Shown here: positions 1-8,900 of the stretch, piece by piece | Layout of the letters: each line of letters opens with the position of its first letter | Position numbering within the stretch: position 1 is the stretch's first letter | From: a virus | Taxonomy: Duplodnaviria; Caudoviricetes | Virus record (IMG/VR): IMGVR_UViG_3300037067_007633 | Span: 64,001-128,000 of that record | Strand: one strand, 5' to 3' | DNA length: 64,000 bases | The notes under the pieces: generated by a model | What the model was told of the DNA's origin: nothing | What the model saw: the letters and a program-made list of their open reading frames with translations, nothing else | Databases searched by the model: none | Position numbers and translations under genes: made by a program

Positions 1-33
1 ACAACTTATTCAGATATATAGGATAAAAATAAA

Positions 34-237
34 ATGTATGAAGATGTAATAGAAATTATAAATAATGGTAAAGATGTTAACAGTCGTGCTGGTATAACAA
101 GTTTATGTAAAGATAGTTATGGCGATTTTTTCCATTTAGATAGTCCACTAACTATTCCAAATTCTAGTATAGTTCATTATGTAGAAGAAAGATATACATA
201 CAGATTTCCATTTAATTCAGGGACGCATGTTTATTAA
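34..237 (+). CDS. hypothetical protein (67 aa)
   Basis: ORF whose stop overlaps the next start (TAATG); no motif recognised. Confidence 0.5.
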   Translation: MYEDVIEIINNGKDVNSRAGITSLCKDSYGDFFHLDSPLTIPNSSIVHYVEERYTYRFPFNSGTHVY

Positions 238-776
238 TGTCTGGCAAATTTCTAAGTCGTGGTGATTTTACTTATCCATCTTCGTTAATAGATGATTATG
301 AGTGGATAGTAGATTCATTTATTGATGGTAGTCTTGGGGCAAATTGCCTATTAATTTATCCATCAAATTATAACGAATGTACAAATTGTCATTTAGATAT
401 AACAACTGGAAGATCTAATAATATTTATAAAGTTGGTGGTTCTACACCATTTGAAAACCACACCTTATGTCCTGTTTGTAATGGAGAAGGTAGATTAACT
501 ATTAATGTTACCGATAGTATTAATCTACGAGTTTATACTAATCCTAAAGATTGGCAAAAAACTGGTTTTAATATTAATTATCCAGAAGGTTCAGCACAAA
601 TAATAGGATATTGGACTGATTTTCCCAAAATACAGCGTGCAAAATTTATTATGATAAATTCTGATTTGTCTGGTTTTAAAGAATTTAAATATATTATAGC
701 TAGCGAATCTTTGCCGTGGGGTTTAAGGGGAGATAGATATTTTGCTATGATGATTAAGCGTACAGGAGGAGATTAA
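237..776 (+). CDS. putative head-tail joining/neck protein with CxxC...CxxC zinc motif
   Basis: CTNC and CPVC pairs; position upstream of the tail tube/tape measure module; function from gene order only. Confidence 0.45.
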   Translation: MSGKFLSRGDFTYPSSLIDDYEWIVDSFIDGSLGANCLLIYPSNYNECTNCHLDITTGRSNNIYKVGGSTPFENHTLCPVCNGEGRLTINVTDSINLRVYTNPKDWQKTGFNINYPEGSAQIIGYWTDFPKIQRAKFIMINSDLSGFKEFKYIIASESLPWGLRGDRYFAMMIKRTGGD

Positions 777-777
777 C

Positions 778-1437
778 TTGAAGTTTGGTTTTACCGTTAC
801 CAGTCAGAAGATTCAGTTTAGAGATTTTGTATTACAATCTTTAAAAGAAGAACTTACTGGCAAGTTGGGGACTATAAAAGATAAATTCAAGTTTATTGCT
901 ATTTCTATTATTGGAGAAGCAATTAGAAATTCTGAAACATATTCGTCAATTACTAATGGTATTTTGATGTACCAGTTAGGATTAACTTATCCTGCCGATA
1001 GAATAGAAAAAATAATAGAAACGTGGATTAACAATATAGATTGCAGAGTAGTAAAAAGATTAAGTAAGACAAAAGAAGGATTAAATTTTGAATTAGAATT
1101 AAATGCTATACAAGCTGATTTTTCAGACGTTTTAGATTTACCACAAAGTAGATATAAATCTTTTAATTCTAAAGGGATAGTTACTGAAATACCGTGGTTA
1201 CAATGGTTATTATTAGAGGGTGATAGAATCATTGTAGCTAATTTTAAAGTTGAATATAAAACTAGTCCATTTTCTAGAACAGAAGAGGCTTTAATGGTAA
1301 AGACAGATATGCAAGGGTGGAAAGTTCCATCTGAATATTCTGGTACGATATCGTACAACTTTGTTACTAAGGCAGTGGATGATTTTAAAAATAAACTTCA
1401 AGACGCTTTATTATTAGAAGTTCAGAAAGCAATATAA
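778..1437 (+). CDS. putative neck/tail-completion protein
   Basis: 219-aa ORF, TTG start with GGAG SD, tightly coupled in the morphogenesis operon. Confidence 0.4.
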   Translation: MKFGFTVTSQKIQFRDFVLQSLKEELTGKLGTIKDKFKFIAISIIGEAIRNSETYSSITNGILMYQLGLTYPADRIEKIIETWINNIDCRVVKRLSKTKEGLNFELELNAIQADFSDVLDLPQSRYKSFNSKGIVTEIPWLQWLLLEGDRIIVANFKVEYKTSPFSRTEEALMVKTDMQGWKVPSEYSGTISYNFVTKAVDDFKNKLQDALLLEVQKAI

Positions 1438-2405
1438 TGAGTTATCCAGATTATACAAAACTTAAAGGTATTACTCAAATAAATAAGGATTTTGTTACAA
1501 ATAACTTATTATATGGAATTATAGATTTTTATAATTGGGGGCTTTTAGAGATTGGCGGATTTCAAAATATTACAAAAAATCCGTCTACTTCTGGAATTTA
1601 CGGTGGAAATAAAGCTAGATTACATCCAGTTGAAGATGAAAGATATTCAGATGGTTGTGTGTGGGAAGGTTTTAGAACAAACTGGGTTTGGGAAACTGGT
1701 TTAGATTATAGTGTACAACCAATAAGGGTTTCTGGAGTTTGGGTTAGCAATATCTTTTATGATATATCTACTTCTGGATCTTATTCTCATTATGTAGATT
1801 ATCCAAACGGTAGAATAATTTTTAATACAGCTATTTCAACAACAAAAATTGTAGAAGCCTCATTTTCTCCAAGGAATGTTTACATATTACCGTCAGAAGA
1901 TAATATAATTAGATCTTTATTATTCGATAGTCATAGAGTTGATAGAAGTGATTATTTAACTTTTGGGTCTGGAAATTGGAACGGTATGAAATTTCAATTA
2001 CCAGTTGTTGGTGTGGAAGTGTCAAAATCAACAACATTATCTCCATATCAAATAGGTGGTGGTCAAAATTGGTTTCAAGATGTTTTGTTTTATATTGTGG
2101 CGGATAATCCTAATGATAGAAATAATTTAAAAGATATATTTACAAGTCAAAATGATCGTCAAATTTTTATACCAAATCGTTCTATTATTAAAGAAAGTCC
2201 AAACTATCCACTAAGTTTAAATTATAAAGGTAGTCCGGTTCCATCCGCTTTACAATATCCAGATTTAATTGACGAAAACAGTGGATATAGGTGGGGTGGA
2301 GTTTATTTTAGTGATACACGGGCTCAAGATTTAGAATTACAAAATCCTAATTTATTTGGTGTCGTTGTTCGCACAAAAATACAAATTATTTTAGAAAATA
2401 TATAA
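1437..2405 (+). CDS. putative tail terminator/completion protein
   Basis: 322 aa, immediately upstream of the tail tube candidate; VDYPNGRIIF segment typical of virion proteins. Confidence 0.45.
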   Translation: MSYPDYTKLKGITQINKDFVTNNLLYGIIDFYNWGLLEIGGFQNITKNPSTSGIYGGNKARLHPVEDERYSDGCVWEGFRTNWVWETGLDYSVQPIRVSGVWVSNIFYDISTSGSYSHYVDYPNGRIIFNTAISTTKIVEASFSPRNVYILPSEDNIIRSLLFDSHRVDRSDYLTFGSGNWNGMKFQLPVVGVEVSKSTTLSPYQIGGGQNWFQDVLFYIVADNPNDRNNLKDIFTSQNDRQIFIPNRSIIKESPNYPLSLNYKGSPVPSALQYPDLIDENSGYRWGGVYFSDTRAQDLELQNPNLFGVVVRTKIQIILENI

Positions 2406-2407
2406 AG

Positions 2408-2416
2408 GGTGTATAT
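2408..2416 (+). promoter_or_regulatory. candidate phage late promoter motif GGTGTATAT
   Basis: Same motif recurs in rare intergenic gaps at 3564, 21518 and, on the minus strand, 58417-58425. Confidence 0.5.
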
Positions 2417-2467
2417 TGGTGTAGGATAGTTAAATACTATATTAAGTACAAATAAAGGAGAATAACA

Positions 2468-3556
2468 GTGGGTGCTAATAAACGTGTATTTTATGCTATA
2501 GAAAAGGCTGGTATTGCACCATTAGGTAGTACCACATATACAAGTATTCGAGGTTTACAAACAATTGGATTAAATACTACATTTAATCTAGAACAAGTGA
2601 TGGAGTTTGGACAAGCAACAATTTATGAAAATGTTGAAGGTATTCCTAATGTGGAAGCAACATTAAATAAAGTGTTAGACGGGTTTTGCCCAATGTATTT
2701 ACTAGCTACTCAATCTGCTCAAGCAGCCAATTTGTTAGCTAGGGCAAATGCTTCTGCTTGTTCATTTGTTATTGGTATTTATAGTGACCAGCAATTAGCG
2801 GCTTCTGGTAGCGTATTAACCGCTGTTACATGTTCTGGTATGTATGTTTCATCTGCTTCTTACAAAGTTGGAGTTGATGGTAATGCTACAGAAGATATAA
2901 CTTTAGTTGGAAACAATAAACTATGGTCTGGTAGTAATCCAACTATTAATGATACTGCTGGTGGTGCAGGCACTATCTTAACTGGTGATGATAGTCCATT
3001 GTCTATTACCGGGTCTGGCGGTGTTAATAGACGAGAAGATGTTTTAATTGGCTCACTTGGATCTATTTTCCCATCAGAAATTCCAGGAATTAGTTCTAGT
3101 GGATATTTAATTATAAATAGTGATGGTAGTTTACCAACACATTTACGAAGTATTTCTGTAACTGCTAATTTAGGTCGAGAAGATATATTTGAATTAGGTC
3201 GTAAGGGTAATTATTATCGTTATGTTAAAATTCCTGCCGAAGTTACTTCTGAAATAGGCGTATTATCTTCATCTGGCGATATGATTTCGGCACTTGAAGA
3301 AGGTGCGTATTCAGAAGGTGGTAGTTGCGGTCGTTACAATCTAACAAATCAGCGTATTGTTCTAAAAATGTGTGAAGGTTTAATTGTAGACGCTGGAGAT
3401 AAAAACAAATTACAATCTGTTAATTGGAATGGTGGTGGTACTGATGGTTCAAACCAAGAATTAGTTTATAGTTATAGAAACTTTAACGATTTTATTGTTT
3501 ATCATCCACAAGATCCAAACGCTGGAACTTCAACATTTCAATATCCTGGAGATTAA
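2468..3556 (+). CDS. putative major tail (tube) protein
   Basis: Strong SD (AAGGAG), GTG start, Gly/Ser/Thr-rich beta-type sequence, REDIFELG motif, followed by a terminator, three genes before the tape measure gene. Confidence 0.65.
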   Translation: MGANKRVFYAIEKAGIAPLGSTTYTSIRGLQTIGLNTTFNLEQVMEFGQATIYENVEGIPNVEATLNKVLDGFCPMYLLATQSAQAANLLARANASACSFVIGIYSDQQLAASGSVLTAVTCSGMYVSSASYKVGVDGNATEDITLVGNNKLWSGSNPTINDTAGGAGTILTGDDSPLSITGSGGVNRREDVLIGSLGSIFPSEIPGISSSGYLIINSDGSLPTHLRSISVTANLGREDIFELGRKGNYYRYVKIPAEVTSEIGVLSSSGDMISALEEGAYSEGGSCGRYNLTNQRIVLKMCEGLIVDAGDKNKLQSVNWNGGGTDGSNQELVYSYRNFNDFIVYHPQDPNAGTSTFQYPGD

Positions 3557-3563
3557 TAATATT

Positions 3564-3572
3564 GGTGTAAAT
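3564..3572 (+). promoter_or_regulatory. candidate late promoter motif GGTGTAAAT
   Basis: Variant of the recurring motif, directly before the terminator hairpin. Confidence 0.35.
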
Positions 3573-3608
3573 AAGAGTGAGGGGAATTTTCCTCTCACTC
3601 TTTTTTTT
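3573..3608 (+). terminator. Rho-independent terminator
   Basis: Stem GAGTGAGGGGA/TCCTCTCACTC (11 bp, one G-U), loop ATTT, followed by 8 T. Confidence 0.9.
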
Positions 3609-3622
3609 ATAGGATTATTAGG

Positions 3623-4657
3623 ATGAAAAAAGATAAGGATTATACATATCTGATATTTCGTATTTTATCTGGTAAAATTCCCGTACAATATAATTCTCAA
3701 CAATTTTATATTGTTCAACCAGATTTTTCTCAATTAGCTCATTCAGAGTTAATATATCAAGAGTCATTATCTAAATCTTCTTTATTGGGTTGTTTAACTT
3801 ATGAACAAATGTTGGACGAATTACTATATAATGATATATGGACTCCTCAATATCAAAAAGAATTAGATGATATCCCTCAAACTATTAGTGATATACAGAT
3901 TGAATTATATAACGCATATGTTTCTTTTAGAAAACAGGATATTATTAGGAAAAAATTAGAAAATCTTAGAAAAAGAGCTACTGTTTTAAACGAAATATTA
4001 AACACACATTTTGTTTATACCGCTGAAGCCATAGCTAATTCAGAGCGTTTAAAGATGAATATTTATTATGGATTAAGAGATATAAACAATGAAAAAATAA
4101 ATATTTCTTTTCCCCTTATTAATGATTCTTTTTTAAATAATGTTACGCATCAATATATTAATTCCAGGGTTGATAGTTTAGAATTAAGGGAAATTAGTAA
4201 AAGTCAAACTTGGAAATTAAAATGGTTAAATTATAAAGCTATATCTTCCTTTCCTATTAATACTAGTTTAATGACCGACGAACAAGAATTATTAGTTATG
4301 TGGTCAAGATATTATGATAATATTTTAGAAAGTACAGAAGTTCCGCCATCAGTTGTTATAGCAGACAATGATATGCTTGATGGATGGGCTACTTTACAAA
4401 TGAAAAAGAATGAAAAGGAAAAATCTCAAATTGGAACAAACACCAACGCTAAAGAAGTATTTATAGTGGCTGATACAAAAGAAGACGCTCAAAGAATTCA
4501 TTCTATGAACGATTCATATGCTGATATGATAAGAAAACAAAAATTAGCACTTGTTGCTAAAAAAGGCAGTATAGAAGATCAACATTTACCAGATTCTAGA
4601 AGGGAAATTATTTCTCAAGCAATGGAAAATGAAAGGAAAAAGATGAGTAATGGATAA
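3623..4657 (+). CDS. hypothetical protein in tail-assembly-chaperone position
   Basis: 344-aa helical ORF between tail tube and tape measure genes. Confidence 0.45.
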   Translation: MKKDKDYTYLIFRILSGKIPVQYNSQQFYIVQPDFSQLAHSELIYQESLSKSSLLGCLTYEQMLDELLYNDIWTPQYQKELDDIPQTISDIQIELYNAYVSFRKQDIIRKKLENLRKRATVLNEILNTHFVYTAEAIANSERLKMNIYYGLRDINNEKINISFPLINDSFLNNVTHQYINSRVDSLELREISKSQTWKLKWLNYKAISSFPINTSLMTDEQELLVMWSRYYDNILESTEVPPSVVIADNDMLDGWATLQMKKNEKEKSQIGTNTNAKEVFIVADTKEDAQRIHSMNDSYADMIRKQKLALVAKKGSIEDQHLPDSRREIISQAMENERKKMSNG

Positions 4658-5021
4658 ATTAAACGACGTACAACTTGTTAAAATGCAAAAACAAATTAGA
4701 GAAGCTAATCAACAAAAGTATTTAGAAGCTTGTAGGAAAAGATTAGATACTATTATTTCCACAAAAATAAAAACTACTTTTATTGGTTCTATTGATGTGT
4801 TTGAAAAAGTTTTTGGTTTTTTATGGGGACAGGGAAAAAATGTAGAAGAATTATCAAAAGATGAATTAAAATTTTATCAGCTATTTCAAAAAGCTAGAAC
4901 AGATATACTTAATTTAGGTAATACTCAATTAAGAGGAGCTAAAACGGAAATTGCTAATCAAACAATTAGTTGGAATAGATATCACACAGAATTTAAAGTT
5001 ATAGGAAAACAGGAGAATTAA
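4650..5021 (+). CDS. hypothetical protein in tail-assembly-chaperone position
   Basis: 123-aa helical ORF overlapping the previous gene. Confidence 0.5.
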   Translation: MDKLNDVQLVKMQKQIREANQQKYLEACRKRLDTIISTKIKTTFIGSIDVFEKVFGFLWGQGKNVEELSKDELKFYQLFQKARTDILNLGNTQLRGAKTEIANQTISWNRYHTEFKVIGKQEN

Positions 5022-5026
5022 TTATT

Positions 5027-5833
5027 ATGAATCATATAAAGAAAGTTTTTAAAACTAAAATTGATGACAAAGAAGTAGAATTAGCTGTAAAAAGTCCAGA
5101 CAGAGGAATTGCACAGGAAGCACAATTTCATTTTGGAAAAGTGTTTTCGCAAGCATTAAAAAATGGTGCTATTCTTAAAACTCGTCTTGAAGATTATATG
5201 AAAGAACAAGGTGTTTGGAATAAAGAAAAACAAAAAGTATTAGATAAATGTAATAGAGATATTTCTGACGGATCGTTAAAATTACAAAGAGGCGGAATTA
5301 AATTAAGTGAAGCTAAAAAAATAGCTCTTGAAATTCGTGACGCAAGAAATAAGCGTTTAGAAGTTTTATCTGAAAGAATGGTGTTAGAAGCAAATACTGC
5401 TGAAGGTCAAGCAACTAACTCAAGATTTAACTTTATGGTATCTAAATGTTTGGTGTATAATGATTCTGGAAACCCTGTTTTTAAAGATTTTGACGAGTTT
5501 TTAGAACATATTACTGATGATTGTGTTGTTAAAGCATGTGAATTATTATCTTCTATTCTTTGGAATTTAGATGAAAATTTTGATAGAGATTTACCAGAAA
5601 ATAAATTTTTATTAGAATGGAAATTTATTGATAGTGAATTACGACTAATTAATAAAGATGGTCATTTAGTAGATTATGATGGTCGCCTTATTAATAAAGA
5701 CGGAAGATTTGTTAATGAAAAAGAAGAACTAATAGATATTAATGGGAATTTAATAACCGAAGAAGGTAATTTAGTTATAGATAGTAAGCCATTTTTAGAT
5801 GATGATGGGAAACCAATAAAATCATCTAAATAA
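5027..5833 (+). CDS. putative tail assembly chaperone with C-terminal 7-residue repeats
   Basis: 268 aa, last gene before tape measure; C-terminus INKDGHL/VDYDGRL/INKDGRF/IDINGNL/ITEEGNL. Confidence 0.5.
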   Translation: MNHIKKVFKTKIDDKEVELAVKSPDRGIAQEAQFHFGKVFSQALKNGAILKTRLEDYMKEQGVWNKEKQKVLDKCNRDISDGSLKLQRGGIKLSEAKKIALEIRDARNKRLEVLSERMVLEANTAEGQATNSRFNFMVSKCLVYNDSGNPVFKDFDEFLEHITDDCVVKACELLSSILWNLDENFDRDLPENKFLLEWKFIDSELRLINKDGHLVDYDGRLINKDGRFVNEKEELIDINGNLITEEGNLVIDSKPFLDDDGKPIKSSK

Positions 5834-5855
5834 TGTATAGATAGTTAAAACGGAT

Positions 5856-5906
5856 AGGTTAAACCGGATAGAGTAAATGTTTATTCTGATGGTTTAACCT
5901 TTTTTT
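5856..5906 (+). terminator. terminator/attenuator hairpin upstream of tape measure gene
   Basis: AGGTTAAACC (5856-5865) pairs with GGTTTAACCT (5891-5900); inner stem AGAGTAAA/TTTATTCT; followed by a T-run. Confidence 0.75.
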
Positions 5907-5923
5907 ATACTTAAAGGTAAAAA

Positions 5924-8900
5924 ATGGCAAAAGAATTTGTATTAACAACTAGACTTAGACTTTTAGGTCCAGAAACAGCACAAATTGATTCTGTTTTAAA
6001 TACTATTACTGATAGAATTCGTGCTAAAACAGTAAGTTTAGGTGTTGTTATTGATCCTAATTCTATCGCTATGGTTTCACAGTTAAATAGTCAATTAAAA
6101 GCTACTGTTGGAACTATGAATCAATTGAAATCTACTGGTTCTACAGTATCAAATTCTTTTAGTACTATTAGTAATGCTGTTAATCAAACTACTGTTGCAA
6201 CAAAAAAAGCTACTAGTTCTCAAAACGAATTTAATAGTTCAATGGAGCAATTTGGACATTTATCAGCGTTGGCTATTCGTAGAAACCTTGCTTTTACAAT
6301 TACTGCTTTTGCCGTATATGGAGTTGGTCGATCATTACATACTGCTGTTGGCGAAGCTATTATGTTTGATAGAGAAATGGTTAAATTAAGACAATTATCA
6401 AGTGAAAGCGATGTCGTTTTAAAAGGGGTGGAAAGTACTATTTCTCAATTATCTATGTCATTAGGAGTGTCTTCTAATGCCCTTATTAAAACTAGTAATA
6501 CATTAATTCAGGCTGGTTATAGTGTTGGTGATACTAAAGTAATGATGGACGCATTAGCAAAAACCACTCTTGCTCCAACATTCGGAGATATTAAAAACAC
6601 AACCGAAGGATTAATTGCTATTTTACATCAATTTAATTTAAAAGCATATCAATCAGAACAAATTTTAGGTTCTATTAATAAAGTTGCTGCTGATTATGCT
6701 ATGGAATCTTCTGACGTTATTGAAGCCGCTAAAAGATCTGGTAGTATTTTTTCTTCTTTGGGGGGGAATTTTAATGAGTTCATTGGTATTTTGACAGCGG
6801 TTAGACAAACAACTCGTTTAACTGCTGAAACTATTGCCACTGGTATGAATACGATATTTGCTAGAATGCAACGTCCGGCAACTCTTAGAATGCTTGAAGA
6901 ATTGGGTATTAAATTACAGGATGTAAACGCCGCTGGTCAAAAAATGTTTGTTGGACCAATGGAATCTATCCGAAGAATTAGTGATGGATTAAAAAACATT
7001 GATCCTAGAACAGAATTATATTCTAAAGTTATAGACGAACTTGGAGGAATTCGTCAATTAAAAGTTGTTATTCCTATGATTAGACAAAGAGTATTAGCCG
7101 AAGAAGCTATGCAAAAATCTATGGATGGAACTAGTAGTTTGTCAAAAGACGTAGTTGAATCCCAAAAAGCATTAAGTATTCAATTTGATAAAGTTAAAGA
7201 AAAATTCTTAGATATGACACGAACATTTGTTGAAGGGGGAACTTTTCGTAGTTTAGCTACCGGTGCTATGACTTTTGCAAGGGCTTTAATTGATGTGGCT
7301 AATGCTTTACAAACAATAGCTCCACTATTAGCTGTTTTAGGTGGGGTTTCATTAGTTAATTCTGGTTTTAAATTTATGGGAGGACAAGGATTTTTAAGAA
7401 CTTTTACAGGCAAAAAAGCCGCTACTGGCGGTATGATTCCTGGAACCGGAGATACCGATACTGTTCCTGCCTTATTAACTCCTGGTGAATTTGTAATAAG
7501 AAAGTCTGCTGTTAAGGCTATTGGCAGGGGTCCACTAGAACAGTTAAATAGGTATGCAAGTGGTGGTATAGTTACAGGCGGAAGATATAATTATGGTGTT
7601 AAAGATCCTGATTTTATTGTCGATTCTTCTGGAATTATACAAAAAATTAATTTACCAACCATAATTTCTCAGCCAAAGGTTTCTACTGATAGTTTAATTA
7701 ATAAAAAAAGATATAATAATAATCAAGATATTATAAATAGAGATATAGCTATACGTTCTCAGATTAATAGTATTTCTAGAACTATATCAATGATGAATAA
7801 TACAAAAATGTCTAAGAGAGATTTAGACAGATATGTAGTAGAAAGTGGTCAAGCCAGTGATTATATTACGTCTAGTGGGAAAAGCGATTATAGTAAATCT
7901 TCTGGGTGGTTTGGTGGATTAAAAAGATTAGCCATTGAAGAAGAACAAAGAAAATATGGAGATTTTAGTAATTCTCCTTATTTATCTAATACTCCACAAG
8001 CTCAAACTAGACAAAGACGTGGATTTTTTAATAGTATGGGCTTACGTTTAAAGCAGTTTGGACGCAATATGAATTTTGTTGGTGGAAATGTTCCTACAAT
8101 TAATACTTCTGGAGGTGTCTCACAATCTATAGGTGGTGGTAATGGAACATCATTATCTGGTGGTGGTTTTAGTGGCGGTCGTGCTATGATGGTTGGTTTA
8201 GGTTTATCTATGCTATCATCTGTTGGAACCGCTAATATTTCTAACGAGAACCCTAGAGCTAAAGGTGCTTTTGCCGGTCTTTCTACTGGCTTAGCAACCA
8301 CTGGAAGTATCGCTATGATGAGTGGAGGAAATCCAATTATTTTAATTGGTGCTGCACTTGCTGGATTAGCTCATGGTGTTTATGCTTATACTCGTTCTAT
8401 TAAAGAAAGTAATGACGAATTAAAAAGAGTAGATATAGAAAAAAGTTTTATAAATTTAACAAAACATTTAGAGAGTTTTCAAAAAAGTGGCAAATGGACT
8501 TCTGAAGGTGGAGAGTCATTAAACACTGCTGTTAATAAGGTACAACAAAGAATATCTGAGTATCAATTAAAGTTTTCTGATAAAACTATTGATAAACAAG
8601 CTGTCCTTGCAAGATATGGTGCTGGTTCTGATTTTATGGGTGCTGCTGTTCCAAAAGGTAATTTTTTAATGTCTGGAGATATAGAAGAATTAACAAAAAA
8701 ATATCAAGAAAATAAAGATCAGTTTACTAAAAATGGAACACTAGATATTGTTAATTCAGATATTGAAAGAAGAATTGCTAGTGGTAGTATTAAAAACATT
8801 AAAGATTTAGGGAATTTAAAAGACGTAGGAGGTGCATATAAAGAAATATTTTTAACCAAACATATGACTGCGGAACAACGTGCTGGTGCTGAAGGGCTTA

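Noticed and set aside
4832-4838. G GGA AAA slippery heptamer as a tail-chaperone -1 frameshift
   Set aside because: The -1 frame stops after about 10 codons and does not join the next ORF.
5807-5813. GGGAAAC near the end of the pre-tape-measure gene
   Set aside because: Read as GGG AAA C, the wrong phase for a canonical -1 shift, and no substantial downstream ORF exists before the hairpin.
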